Below, in pieces: positions 7,931 to 17,511 of a stretch of DNA of 43,784 nt (positions are counted from its first letter, which is position 1; every line of letters starts with the position of its first letter). Location: contig JAZDHP010000008.1 of assembly GCA_043805855.1 (NCBI GenBank), positions 1-43,784 of the forward strand, in the 5' to 3' direction. The DNA comes from Candidatus Micrarchaeota archaeon. GTDB lineage: Archaea; Micrarchaeota; Micrarchaeia; Norongarragalinales; UBA8480. Both the position numbers and the translations under genes were made by a program. The notes below the pieces were generated by a model. It was not told where the DNA came from. It saw only the letters and a list, made by a program, of their open reading frames with translations, and did not search any database.

Positions 7931-8359
7931 CTACACCCTACGGCCTCTTTTTCCGCCTGGCCTCTTTGTAGTGTCAGTTGGAATTGGAGTAACATCTTCA
8001 ATTTTACCAATGCGTAAACCTGAACGCGCTAATGCTCTTATAGCTGCTTGTGCGCCTACACCTGGAGTTTTAGAACCGTGGCCGCCCGGTGCGCGTACAC
8101 GTACGATTACACCCACTACGCCTCTTTCTTTTGCTTTTTCGCTTGCTTTGAAAGCAGCTTGCATTGCCGCGTATGGCCCGCCTTCTTCCCGGTCGTTTTT
8201 AACAATCATTCCACCGCTTGCGGTTGTGATTGTTTCAGCTCCGCTGATGTCCGTAATTGTAATTATAGTGTTGTTTTTCGAAGAGTAAACGTGCGCAATG
8301 CCCCATTTACCTTCTTTTGGTGCAACTACATTTCTTGGTGTAAATCTACTTTCAGCCAA
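7931..8359 (-). CDS. rps11: 30S ribosomal protein S11 (uS11)
   Basis: [34 protein letters not shown]. Confidence 0.98.
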   Translation of the reverse strand: MAESRFTPRNVVAPKEGKWGIAHVYSSKNNTIITITDISGAETITTASGGMIVKNDREEGGPYAAMQAAFKASEKAKERGVVGVIVRVRAPGGHGSKTPGVGAQAAIRALARSGLRIGKIEDVTPIPTDTTKRPGGKRGRRV

Positions 8360-8858
8360 CGGTGTTCACCTGTTGATTTTTCAATTCAATAACATGATTA
8401 TACCAGTTAATTTCATTTTCTTCACGGAATTTAACTAGATAAGACGGCGCAGTTACCCTCACTCCATTTATTGCAATGTGACCATGGGTAACAAATTGCC
8501 TGCTTTGTAAAATTGTACTTGCCATTCTCTTGCGCGTAACTATAGTTTGTAACCTTCTCTCAAGAATACTGCGAGTGTCAAGTGCAAGAACATCATCAAG
8601 AGTTGCATTAGCAACTAAGAATGACTTAATGCGGTTTAGTAAAAGTTCAGTGCGTTGCTCGATGTTTTTTCCTTTTCCAGATTGTAAACGGCGAGCTTCA
8701 CGGCGGATTTTACGTAGAATTGTTTTCATTCTCCATAACTCGCGCATGTTTTTCAAGCCGTATTCGTCGACTAGCTTACGTTCTTCTTTAATGCGGCTAG
8801 CGTCCCATTGTCTTTTAGGCGCTTCGAATTGCTTCCTAAGTTTCACTGGACTTCCCAT
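8352..8858 (-). CDS. rps4: 30S ribosomal protein S4 (uS4)
   Basis: MGSP start, [25 protein letters not shown]. Confidence 0.97.
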   Translation of the reverse strand: MGSPVKLRKQFEAPKRQWDASRIKEERKLVDEYGLKNMRELWRMKTILRKIRREARRLQSGKGKNIEQRTELLLNRIKSFLVANATLDDVLALDTRSILERRLQTIVTRKRMASTILQSRQFVTHGHIAINGVRVTAPSYLVKFREENEINWYNHVIELKNQQVNTVG

Positions 8859-8859
8859 A

Positions 8860-9501
8860 TTACTTCTTTGCCTCGTCCTTTGTTCCAGCAGATGCCGGTG
8901 CAATTGATTTGCGTACGACTCCAACAGTTAAACCGCTTCTTCCAGTTGTACGGTTGTGTTGACCGCGTACTTTTTGTCCAATTGAATGTCTCCAGCCAAT
9001 CCACGAGCGAGTGTCTTTCTCGCGTTGGATATCTTGCTTTGTTTGGAAAATTAAATCAGTACCAAGTAAATGTTTGTCTTCGCCAGTGTCAATATCTTTT
9101 CTCCGGTTAAGCATGAAAGCAGGAATTCCAGCGGTTTTTGGATTCTTTATAATGTCTTCAATGCTGTTCAACTGTTCTTCAGTTAAATCTCCCACAAGTG
9201 CTTTTGGGGATATTGAAAGTTTAAGTAGAATTGCGTTTGAAAGAGCGTTGCCAAGCGTGTGGCCAATTCCCTTTACTCTGCGTAGAGCTTCTGATAAATA
9301 GTAGTGGCCGTCCATGTCTTTTCCAACTAGACGAATTACTCCGCGGAAGTCTCCCGAAGCAGATGGCCTTTTCTTTAAAACAGATTGATTTTGTGAAGGC
9401 GCAGCTAAGACTTTTTTCTTGTCCTTATTGTGATCCTTTGAAGGTTTAACGTCTTTGCCGTCTTTTGCTTTGTCGTTCTTTTCCAAAACTTTTTTCACCA
9501 A
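8860..9501 (-). CDS. rps13: 30S ribosomal protein S13 (uS13) with Lys-rich N-terminal extension
   Basis: LNRRKD..TG...HL, G.RH..G.KVRGQ..RTTGR. Confidence 0.96.
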   Translation of the reverse strand: MVKKVLEKNDKAKDGKDVKPSKDHNKDKKKVLAAPSQNQSVLKKRPSASGDFRGVIRLVGKDMDGHYYLSEALRRVKGIGHTLGNALSNAILLKLSISPKALVGDLTEEQLNSIEDIIKNPKTAGIPAFMLNRRKDIDTGEDKHLLGTDLIFQTKQDIQREKDTRSWIGWRHSIGQKVRGQHNRTTGRSGLTVGVVRKSIAPASAGTKDEAKK

Positions 9502-9547
9502 CGTGCGGACCGCGAACTAAAAGTTCGCAACCTCGCTTAATTACGAG

Positions 9548-9848
9548 CGCCGGGACTGAGAAATTCGGAAAACCCTTCAGTTCCTATGCGCTATAAAATA
9601 ACAATTTAACCCTTTTCTTTTTGAGCACAAACCACTGGTTTGTGACTCAGACAAAAACCTTTGGTTTTTGCTGATTGGGTTGAAAGACTTTTTTCTTTTC
9701 GCAAAAGAAAAAAGGGTTTCGTTCGAACTCAGGAGCCCTTACGGGCACAAGCTTTCTGCGAGCGTGAGGTCTACAGTTTTACTGTCACCATAACAAGCAC
9801 TCGTCTGGATAATTCCAGGCCTGCGCATTACCACTCTGCCATCCCGGC
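9548..9848 (-). tRNA. tRNA-Ser(GGA) with introns at 37/38 (9754-9812, 59 nt) and 59/60 (9562-9721, 160 nt)
   Basis: Acceptor GCCGGGA/TCCCGGC-G; anticodon arm CAGGC CTGGAA|A GCTTG; long variable arm; T arm CTGAG TTCGAA|T CTCAG with BHB helix TTCG/CGAA; usual position upstream of S13. Confidence 0.92.
9623..9676. repeat. Double-hairpin element (family 2) inside the tRNA-Ser T-loop intron
   Basis: gagcacaaaccactggtttgtgactcagacaaaaacctttggtttttgctgatt; differs from 3275-3327 almost only at the hairpin apices. Confidence 0.85.
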
Positions 9849-9944
9849 ATGAGAGCGAAAGAAACACAATGTATTTCCAACTTCGCCAATCTTTGCTTCC
9901 TAGAGCGTATTTAATAGTAAGAAACTGGTTTAAAAAGGCTACTA

Positions 9945-10859
9945 CTAGAACCCTTGAATTACTCTCTCAATGTCAAACGCGTACCCTTTTTCAGAGAAGC
10001 GAATTTCTTTAGTGGGCATCAACGCAGTTGCAATTGCGACGAGTTCCCCCTTGCCAGTAAATATCCCAACGGGATCGCCTTTTTCGATTTTCTCGTCGAG
10101 AGCAACGATGCCGGGAATGGCTAGGTCAGCGCCAGTTGAAATCGCGTGGAGGCAATCGTCACTCGCTATTACGTGTTTTAGCCCGACGAATTCTTCAATT
10201 GGAGTGATAAATTTTTTAATGTCGTCACGCTCTTTTTCCTTCCATAGCCAGTAATAATCAGATAATTCTTGCAAGGTTATTGCCTGTTGTTCGACAAACG
10301 CGCTTGCTTTTGTTCTACGTAGTTCAGCCATTTCGCTTTTTACCCCGAGAATTTCGCCGATGTCAAAAACTAAATTGCGAACGTAAAACCCAGCTTCGCT
10401 TGTTACGGTAAAAAGCACGTCGCTATCTTTTACCTCGAGAATTTTTAAGCCGTAAACTTCGCGTACGCGTAGCTTTTTCGCAACTGCACTCAATAACGGG
10501 GGAGTTTGGTAAATTTTACCACGGAAGCGCGAGAAGGCTTTTTCTAAATCTTTCAACGCGATTGGTTTTTCCAAGTGCATGACGCAAACGTAGGTTTTGT
10601 TCGTATCTCCCAAGAAGTGAGCGGCTTTGCAGCTCTGGTTTAGCATTACTGGCAAAACGCCTGAAACTTCCGGGTCAAGTGTTCCAGTGTGGCCAGTTTT
10701 GTTAACGTTGAGAATCTTTTTTACAAACGCACTTACTTCGTGGCTTGAGGGCCCGCATGGTTTGTCAATACAAATTACGCCGTGCTCGAGTGCCTGTTCA
10801 ACACTACGCTCAGCTGGAGCAATGCCTTTGTTAGCAATTTCACTATAGCGAGTAAACAT
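9945..10859 (-). CDS. cbf5: H/ACA RNA-guided pseudouridine synthase Cbf5 (TruB family)
   Basis: DKP.GPSSHEV, GHTGTLDP, Q.PP..SAV, ELRRT, C-terminal PUA domain. Confidence 0.96.
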   Translation of the reverse strand: MFTRYSEIANKGIAPAERSVEQALEHGVICIDKPCGPSSHEVSAFVKKILNVNKTGHTGTLDPEVSGVLPVMLNQSCKAAHFLGDTNKTYVCVMHLEKPIALKDLEKAFSRFRGKIYQTPPLLSAVAKKLRVREVYGLKILEVKDSDVLFTVTSEAGFYVRNLVFDIGEILGVKSEMAELRRTKASAFVEQQAITLQELSDYYWLWKEKERDDIKKFITPIEEFVGLKHVIASDDCLHAISTGADLAIPGIVALDEKIEKGDPVGIFTGKGELVAIATALMPTKEIRFSEKGYAFDIERVIQGF

Positions 10860-10907
10860 ATTTGTAAAAATAGAGAAAAAGGAAAAGAAAAAAGAGTAGG
10901 TTAGGAG

Positions 10908-11069
10908 TTAGATTGGTTCTAGGTGCATTGCGTTGCACTTTTTGGCCTTGCCTTTACTGTCCGTTACTTCGACGAAGTTTTTGTCAATTAGTTTCGTAAT
11001 TGTGACAGTTTCTCCTGTTTTGCGTCCTTTTGTTTTAATACATTTTCTTCCTACTTGGATTGAAGACAT
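10908..11069 (-). CDS. rpl14e: 50S ribosomal protein L14e (short, 53 aa; not in ORF track)
   Basis: Manual translation MSSIQVGRKCIKTKGRKTGETVTITKLIDKNFVEV...CNAMHLEPI; conserved position between cmk and cbf5. Confidence 0.9.
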   Translation of the reverse strand: MSSIQVGRKCIKTKGRKTGETVTITKLIDKNFVEVTDSKGKAKKCNAMHLEPI

Positions 11070-11701
11070 TGAATCACCTTTAGTACATTCTCATTCGTTA
11101 TCGTAGATAAGTGTTGAGCGTTAAGTTTTCGACCAATTGTAGTTTTTATCTCTTGTGGAAACGGGTTTCTGCGCAATTCGTTGGGTTTAGCGTGTTTAAC
11201 TGCGCTTACTATTGCTGCGGCAACTTGCTCCGCGTCGAGCGAACCCGCGTTTACAACTAGGTCAAAGTGTTCGTGTTTGTTGAGGTCAATACTATAGCGT
11301 TTAATGTAACGTGCGCGGTTATCCGCATCGCGCTTCTTTGTTTCAACCATTGCCTGTGCGAGTGTTTTGTTTTCCCGTTGAGCAATGCGCTGTGCTCTCA
11401 CTTCAAGCGGCGCGTCAAGCCAAACTTTAAAACCTTTTTCCAGGAGCCAACCAGCTAATCGCGTTCCGAGAATACAATTGTTTTCACGTTCCAGTAAGTT
11501 TAATTGTTTTTGTTCAAGCGCATAGTCAATTTCTGGAAACTTTTTCGCCAACACATGAACTTCGGCGAGAGTTAATCCCGCGTCTAGTGCGGCGTTGCGA
11601 AAAGTATAATTAACAACTTTCATTCCGCCAAGCGCTTTACTAACTAAATTACACGCGGTTGAGTTACCACAACCTGACAATCCAGAAATAGCGATTTTCA
11701 T
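11051..11701 (-). CDS. cmk: Cytidylate kinase, archaeal type
   Basis: IAISGLSGCGNST P-loop variant, RLAGW, WLDAP..VRA.RI..RE, RY...Y.ID. Confidence 0.9.
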   Translation of the reverse strand: MKIAISGLSGCGNSTACNLVSKALGGMKVVNYTFRNAALDAGLTLAEVHVLAKKFPEIDYALEQKQLNLLERENNCILGTRLAGWLLEKGFKVWLDAPLEVRAQRIAQRENKTLAQAMVETKKRDADNRARYIKRYSIDLNKHEHFDLVVNAGSLDAEQVAAAIVSAVKHAKPNELRRNPFPQEIKTTIGRKLNAQHLSTITNENVLKVIQCLQSK

Positions 11702-11726
11702 TTTTTAACACAACAAACTAAGACAA

Positions 11727-12206
11727 TTAGACAGGCAGTTCAATTTCGTGCTTTGACATCACAGCTATGCCCATTGCGTGTTTTTTAAGCGCCTGCAGCA
11801 AAGTTGCTCTAATATGTTCGTCGGCTCGTCTAAAGTGCTGGTCAGCAGCATACCTACCTTGCAGATCTTTTGATGCGCTGTGAGCATAAAGAATCAATTC
11901 CAAATTATGAAATGGACCTGGGAATAAAGTAACCTGCACTAAACCCGCTCGATTATGCTGATCAACTACCCCAGCAACATCCTTAGTTATCTTTGCGATT
12001 ACTCTTCGTTGTTTTGCATCACTTAAATGTTCAAACGTAACCCCATAATAAGAACGTCTTAAACTCGTCGGTTTTGACTTTGAGTAAGGGCTAACTAATC
12101 TTGGTGCTAATGGAATAAGATCAACCGGCAATGTATCGCGCCCAATTGTGACTTTTCTTTCTCCTTCAGATTCGTTTACTATCCTTCCTAACTTACGTCC
12201 AAACAT
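11727..12206 (-). CDS. Hypothetical protein inserted between L34e and cmk
   Basis: 159-aa ORF with GGTGA SD and TATA-like TTTTTAAA upstream; no recognised motif. Confidence 0.65.
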   Translation of the reverse strand: MFGRKLGRIVNESEGERKVTIGRDTLPVDLIPLAPRLVSPYSKSKPTSLRRSYYGVTFEHLSDAKQRRVIAKITKDVAGVVDQHNRAGLVQVTLFPGPFHNLELILYAHSASKDLQGRYAADQHFRRADEHIRATLLQALKKHAMGIAVMSKHEIELPV

Positions 12207-12271
12207 AAAATTTCACCAATAACAAAAGTACAACTAGGAGTTTTAAAAAAGCCATGGTTTGTTGCGAAGAG

Positions 12272-12595
12272 TTACTTACTAAAGTATTTCAAGTGCGATA
12301 GTGGCACGTCTTCTCTTGAAATTGCTCCTGTTTCAATGCGGGTTTTTTCCTTGACAATTTGTTCAACACAGCCGCCGCATAGCACGCCGGCGAATTTGCG
12401 CTCTGGACGTTTTTGTGTTTTCGACGCGCGTTTTAACTTTTTCGAGCGAACCATAACGGAATGTAAGATGGTTCTGCAGATTGCGCAGACGTTTTTTGAA
12501 CCTTTCTTGCGAGAGTAAGTTGTGGAAACTCTTCCCAACGGCGTCCGGCGAGTTCGTTGCTTTGCGCTTGTACTTCTGTGTCTTGGAAACGGCAT
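12272..12595 (-). CDS. rpl34e: 50S ribosomal protein L34e
   Basis: RTP.GR, C..C, KT.KRPER...G.LC..C. Confidence 0.95.
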   Translation of the reverse strand: MPFPRHRSTSAKQRTRRTPLGRVSTTYSRKKGSKNVCAICRTILHSVMVRSKKLKRASKTQKRPERKFAGVLCGGCVEQIVKEKTRIETGAISREDVPLSHLKYFSK

Positions 12596-12674
12596 ATAAA
12601 ATATTCACCAAATAGTTTAGCTAGTTAATAAAATTTAGAACAGAATATCTTTGGAAGAAAAGGGTTTAACTACG

Positions 12675-13202
12675 TTACGTTTTTACTTCAGGAGCAGATT
12701 TTGTCTCGTTCTTTTGCTCGCTTTTGTTTTCGTTTTTCTTTTCTATTAAATTTGAGTAAACTAGTTCAAACACGAGGTTGAAAATAATCGTGAAGAAAAT
12801 GAAATACCCCCGGCCGCCGTAAGCCGCAGGTTCGAACACTTTCAATGCAAATATGCTGTTCGGGTGAATGTCAATTGGCAAAATTGAAGAGAAACCATGA
12901 AAATATGCCTCTATGCCAGCTATAAAAATGAAAAACAATGGAAGTATAACAATCATTGACTTGATTGGAAGTAATAGCATTTCTTGCATGTTTTTCATTA
13001 CTTGCGGTTCAATTACTTTTAACCGCTGGATTTCTTTTTCGTCTTTTTCCTTGTTGGCTTTTTCAAAGTTTTTCTGGAAGTCGTTAACTTCTTTTTGTAA
13101 TTGTTTTACCCGTTTCCGATTTCCAATTTTATGGTTGGCAACTAGGGAAATTATCGAAAACACAAGTGCAACGACGATGAGTAAAATTGTATTGTCAAAC
13201 AT
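12675..13202 (-). CDS. DUF106 / EMC3-TMCO1 (Oxa1 superfamily) membrane insertase-like protein
   Basis: TM, coiled coil, TM, TM topology; conserved position after secY. Confidence 0.85.
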   Translation of the reverse strand: MFDNTILLIVVALVFSIISLVANHKIGNRKRVKQLQKEVNDFQKNFEKANKEKDEKEIQRLKVIEPQVMKNMQEMLLLPIKSMIVILPLFFIFIAGIEAYFHGFSSILPIDIHPNSIFALKVFEPAAYGGRGYFIFFTIIFNLVFELVYSNLIEKKNENKSEQKNETKSAPEVKT

Positions 13203-13247
13203 TTTTTATTTTACCTTGATTATCTTTACTTTTGTTTTTTCTCTTTT

Positions 13248-14675
13248 CTAGTGTTGCACTATTCTCTTTAGTGATGGATAGAGGTCAAACACTTGCTGGC
13301 GTGCGAGTTCCTCGTAGAATTGATAGACGATTCCAACTGCTAGCAATATACCCGTCCCAGTTCCAAGTGCACCTGTGATATCAGCAAACCAAGCGAGTAC
13401 ACCTACGAACGCGCTGCCAAGTATAGTAATTATTGGAATGTAACGGTCAAGAACTTTTTCCGTAACTCTTGGATCTTGGCGGAAGCCTGGAATTTGCAAG
13501 TGCGCGCGGTTTAGTTGCGCCGCTACGTCTTTTGCGCCCATTCCTGTGCTTTCAATCCAGAACCATCCAAACACAATACAAAGAATGATAAGCAGTATAC
13601 CGTACGCAAAGACGTGAAATATTTCCGATGGGCTTGAAATGAAACTAAGATAAGCGGGGTAACCGCCGGTTATTAACAACGGTGAAGGCATTGCAGTTGA
13701 AAGGTAAGCTAAACCATCAACTGGTTGGTTTTGCTGGTAGTTACCTAGCAGCGGCAGTCCAGCGTTGAACATTACCATTCCAAATAATTGTATGTTTAGT
13801 AAAACAGCAGCTGCGAGGATTACTGGAATGTTTGAAACGTAGAGGAATTTTATCGGGTAACGCGCTTCGAGCCCGCGGGCAAAGCCGTAGGAAATTGGCA
13901 GTTCAATTCGCATTCCTGAAACGTACACAACCACAACAAATACAATTAATGTGAAAATTATCGGGACTAGAGTCCATACGGAAGTTTGCACGTCGCCGCT
14001 TGACAGATAGTGGAGAAATTGAGGGATTAAACCAGCTGGAATTCCACCAGCTGCGACGAAGCTAAAAGCACCTACGAAGATTGCCTGTGCAACTCCAGCT
14101 GCGATGAATAAAGAAATACCACTACCGATGCCATACTTTTGCACGACTTCGTCGAGGTAAAGAAGTAAAATTGAACCAATCATTAATTGAAACGCAACTA
14201 TTATTTGGGTAAATAACACAGAGCCAAATAGAGGAATGGCAGCTGAGCCTGCAATTGAACCTGCTGCTGGAATGTAACCGCTTATAACATAGATAATTGC
14301 CTCGAGAGCTGCTAATGCAATTGCAAGTAACTTTTGGAAACCTTGAAATATTTTCTTGTCTTCAGGAGTTTGTAAATTTAGTTTAAGCAGTCCAGAGCCA
14401 ATTGCTAGTTGTAGAAATATCGAAGCAAGTACAATGGGACCAATTCCCGCAGTGATAAGCGTTCCAGTTTTGCTTCCAAGTAAAATTTCAAGGCGTTCAA
14501 AGCGAACTACCCCGGCTTGGTCAATGCCAACTGGGAAAATCTGTCCAAGTAAGTAGAAAATTAAAAGCGCTGCGCCTGTCCACATTAGCTTTTCCTTTAG
14601 TGACGGCGAGGTAAGTGGCCGCGCTACGTCAGGCAAAGCGCTAATAATTGGTTTAAATGCATGTAGGAAAGACAT
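13248..14675 (-). CDS. secY: Preprotein translocase subunit SecY
   Basis: GIGPIV.ASI, GIGSGISLFIAAG, YPIKFLYVSNIPVIL, IPGFR, G.GTGILL.V. Confidence 0.99.
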   Translation of the reverse strand: MSFLHAFKPIISALPDVARPLTSPSLKEKLMWTGAALLIFYLLGQIFPVGIDQAGVVRFERLEILLGSKTGTLITAGIGPIVLASIFLQLAIGSGLLKLNLQTPEDKKIFQGFQKLLAIALAALEAIIYVISGYIPAAGSIAGSAAIPLFGSVLFTQIIVAFQLMIGSILLLYLDEVVQKYGIGSGISLFIAAGVAQAIFVGAFSFVAAGGIPAGLIPQFLHYLSSGDVQTSVWTLVPIIFTLIVFVVVVYVSGMRIELPISYGFARGLEARYPIKFLYVSNIPVILAAAVLLNIQLFGMVMFNAGLPLLGNYQQNQPVDGLAYLSTAMPSPLLITGGYPAYLSFISSPSEIFHVFAYGILLIILCIVFGWFWIESTGMGAKDVAAQLNRAHLQIPGFRQDPRVTEKVLDRYIPIITILGSAFVGVLAWFADITGALGTGTGILLAVGIVYQFYEELARQQVFDLYPSLKRIVQH

Positions 14676-14807
14676 TGAGAAAAAAGCCCTCTTGAATACT
14701 AAATACTGTTCAAGAAAAATTAAGACTGAAGTTGTTTAAATAACCAGTTCCTATTGATTGAAAAGCTGGGAACTTTAAAAAACTCTCTCTGATAAAAGTA
14801 ATACAAC

Positions 14808-15233
14808 ATGTGGAACCTAAAAAACGAAATTAGAAAATTATCAGATACAAGGGCTGTTGTTGAAGAAACCGCTTTAACAAGGCTAGGAGATAAACGTCAT
14901 ACTAAACGAATTGTAAGGTTCCAAGTTAAGGGCCCGGTAAAACAAGATTTATTGCGAAGTGCAGCTGTTAAACATGGTTTTGTACTTACACCAAAACCGC
15001 CAGGAGCAGGCACAATAATAGCTTTGGTTGAAAAAAGAGAAAAAGGCAAAACAACACCGCTGGTTAGAGTAGTTTTTCAGCACCATGAAAACACGGCGCC
15101 AGGAGAAAAAGCAACACATTTGACTTACTTTTCAATTGAACATGCAACTGGAAACGTAACAAGTGCACAAGAGGAAAGAGTTTTAGCGTTTTTGAAAAGA
15201 GTTTTGCCAGCGAATAAAATAAAAGCAGATTAA
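14808..15233 (+). CDS. Hypothetical protein
   Basis: 141-aa ORF with TTTAAAAA about 27 nt upstream; weak resemblance to 3619-3987. Confidence 0.65.
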   Translation: MWNLKNEIRKLSDTRAVVEETALTRLGDKRHTKRIVRFQVKGPVKQDLLRSAAVKHGFVLTPKPPGAGTIIALVEKREKGKTTPLVRVVFQHHENTAPGEKATHLTYFSIEHATGNVTSAQEERVLAFLKRVLPANKIKAD

Positions 15234-15251
15234 AACAAGTGGAAAAAATAA

Positions 15252-15875
15252 ATGGACCCTTTACTTCAACTCATTACTCCCTTTTTACTGCAGTTCGGCT
15301 ACTTGGCGTTGTTCTTTATTGTATTCGCTGAATCTGGTTTGTTCTTTGGATTTTTCTTCCCTGGAGACTCGCTGTTGTTCACCGCAGGGTTACTAGCAAG
15401 CAAAGGTTTTTTTGACCTTTACATTGTTTTGATCGGAACTGCTATTTGTGCAATTGCAGGCGACCAAGTTGGTTACTGGACTGGTAAAAAGTACGGTCGT
15501 AAATTGTTTAACAAGCCAGGAAATTTCTTTTTTGACCCGAAGCACATAAACCGCGCTGAGGAGTTTTACAAAAAGCACGGCAAAAAAACAATTATCCTCG
15601 CGCGTTTCGTACCAGCGATACGCACGTTTGCACCAATCGTCGCAGGTATAGGCGCGATGAACTACGCTACTTTTATAACTTACAACATTATCGGCGGAAT
15701 TGCGTGGTCGGCGTTGTTCGTAGTAGCAGGCTATTTGTTGGGAAACGTCTTGCCAAACGCTGGCGACTATTTAACCGGCGTCATAATTGTGATAATAGTT
15801 GTTTCGTTTATTCCAATTGGCTATGAGTTTTACAAAGAGTGGAAGGCAAACGAAACAAATAAGAACAAAAGCTAG
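15252..15875 (+). CDS. dedA: DedA/VTT-domain membrane protein
   Basis: FAESGL..GFFFPGDSLLF.AG, GDQVGY..G, ARF.P..RTF.P. Confidence 0.95.
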   Translation: MDPLLQLITPFLLQFGYLALFFIVFAESGLFFGFFFPGDSLLFTAGLLASKGFFDLYIVLIGTAICAIAGDQVGYWTGKKYGRKLFNKPGNFFFDPKHINRAEEFYKKHGKKTIILARFVPAIRTFAPIVAGIGAMNYATFITYNIIGGIAWSALFVVAGYLLGNVLPNAGDYLTGVIIVIIVVSFIPIGYEFYKEWKANETNKNKS

Positions 15876-15956
15876 AGCTAGATTATAAAAAACAAATAAG
15901 AAAAATTAAATAAAAAATAAGAAAAAATAAATAAAAACTAATTTAGCTCTTGCAAT

Positions 15957-16433
15957 TTACTTCTTGGCTTCTTTCTTAACTGGTGGTGTTTTTTCCGCGT
16001 ATGCTTTTACTTTTTCTGGCATTGCCTCTGCTTTTCCGCCGTTCTTTTCTATACTTTGCTTCGCGCCTTTGCTGAAAGACAATGCAATCAAATGCACTTT
16101 TTCAATTAATGGAGTTGAACCAATTATTTTCGCGTTTGGGAATGAAAAGTGAACTAAGCCGTCTTTCTTTTCGATTTTTTCATTTGCAATTATTTGGTTT
16201 AACTTGCGAAGTGTAATTATGATCGGGCCGCCTCTAACCGGGTGAAAGCCAGTGTGGTTAGCGCGTAGAATATCAAGTTCGTACTTTGCAGTTCGAAGCC
16301 ACTTGTGCTTATGGAAACCAGCTCGACCGCGGCCTCCCTTACTTCCCTTGCCACGCCGGTTTTTTGTATTTCCCCCGCCGAAAGTGCGGTTACCTGCATA
16401 TTTCCTTGTTTTACTTCTTAATCTACGCGTCAT
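15957..16433 (-). CDS. rpl15: 50S ribosomal protein L15 (uL15)
   Basis: RT.G.G..KNRRG.GS.GGRG.AG..KH; FS.GA...IE..GG. Confidence 0.96.
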   Translation of the reverse strand: MTRRLRSKTRKYAGNRTFGGGNTKNRRGKGSKGGRGRAGFHKHKWLRTAKYELDILRANHTGFHPVRGGPIIITLRKLNQIIANEKIEKKDGLVHFSFPNAKIIGSTPLIEKVHLIALSFSKGAKQSIEKNGGKAEAMPEKVKAYAEKTPPVKKEAKK

Positions 16434-16453
16434 AAAAATCACTAATTTACATT

Positions 16454-16852
16454 TTACAGCATTCTTGTTAAAAGTTTCTTCAACGATTCAGCGTCGCGTT
16501 TACCCAGCGCGCCTTTTGGAACTGGCAATTTAGTTGGCTTTTTGAAACCACCAACTGGCGGGTGCAAGCGGAAAACTGGTATTGGTTGTTCGCCTTTCAT
16601 GAAAGCTTCAACTGCTTTTGCAACGTCTTTTGTTCCGCCTCGTTTTTCAACTAACTTTGTAAGTAACTCTCTGTCAATTGGACCCCAAGTTATGTAATCC
16701 TTGCACTTGCGAATCCACGAAGTTACATCGCGCGAAAAAACAGAACAGTGTAACTTACGAGTCAAGTGTAAATGCCTAGAAAGAGTTTCCTCTACTTCAG
16801 TGCGGGTTTCCATTGAACCGCGAATTCTAATAATTGCAATTAATTCTGACAA
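16454..16852 (-). CDS. rpl30: 50S ribosomal protein L30 (uL30, archaeal long form)
   Basis: IRIRG, KDYITWG, FRLHPP.GG, G.LG.R. Confidence 0.95.
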   Translation of the reverse strand: MSELIAIIRIRGSMETRTEVEETLSRHLHLTRKLHCSVFSRDVTSWIRKCKDYITWGPIDRELLTKLVEKRGGTKDVAKAVEAFMKGEQPIPVFRLHPPVGGFKKPTKLPVPKGALGKRDAESLKKLLTRML

Positions 16853-16855
16853 ATT

Positions 16856-17509
16856 CTATTCACCTTGTTTATCTGCTGTTGCTGTGCCTTTTTTCAACTT
16901 GTTAAGCGCCTTAAACGCATCAATAACTGCAAGTGCAGTGTTAAGCGCGTTTCTCGTACGTCCCGAAGCAAAAGACCACACGTCGCGTAGTCCAGCAAGT
17001 GTAAGTACTTTTCTTGCTGTTCTTCCGGCTACGACTCCAACTCCCTTTGGAGCGGGTTTAAGCGTAATTCTAGTGCTGCTTGCTTTTCCCTTTACTTCTC
17101 TTGGAATTGAATGATTGCCGCTGCATGAACATTCCCATGAACCGCACCCAAAGCTAACTCTAATTATGTTTTTCTTCGCGTCTTTAATGGCCTCTGCAAT
17201 TGCGTCGCGAGTTTCAGGCGCTTTGCCTGTGCCAACTCCGATGAAACCAGCGCGGTTACCAACAAGCACAACTGCACGCATTGCCATTTTCCTGCCATAA
17301 GCAGTCATACGTTGTGTGCTTTTAATGTCAATAACTTCATCTTTCAAATCTGGAAGTAAAACGTCAATAATCTGCGACTCTAGGATTTTCTTACCGCTTG
17401 CAAAAACTTGGTCAATTGAAGTGATTTCTCCACTGGCAACTTTGCGCCCGAGCTCTGTTTTAGGCGTCCATTGAACTTCAACTGAATTTCTAGATTCTCG
17501 TCTTTCCAT
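16856..17509 (-). CDS. rps5: 30S ribosomal protein S5 (uS5)
   Basis: W.PKT.LGR, GCGSWEC, PAP.G.G.VAG. Confidence 0.98.
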   Translation of the reverse strand: MERRESRNSVEVQWTPKTELGRKVASGEITSIDQVFASGKKILESQIIDVLLPDLKDEVIDIKSTQRMTAYGRKMAMRAVVLVGNRAGFIGVGTGKAPETRDAIAEAIKDAKKNIIRVSFGCGSWECSCSGNHSIPREVKGKASSTRITLKPAPKGVGVVAGRTARKVLTLAGLRDVWSFASGRTRNALNTALAVIDAFKALNKLKKGTATADKQGE

Positions 17510-17511
17510 TT

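Noticed and set aside
9661..9852. 63-aa ORF
   Set aside because: Antisense to tRNA-Ser.
9945..10859. Possible BHB intron in cbf5, as known in some Crenarchaeota
   Set aside because: The reading frame is continuous through the GPSSHEV and GHTGTLDP region.
12636..12670. Possible partial family-1 palindrome after the DUF106 stop (tctttggaagaaaagggttt)
   Set aside because: Only one arm matches; too short and low-complexity to support.
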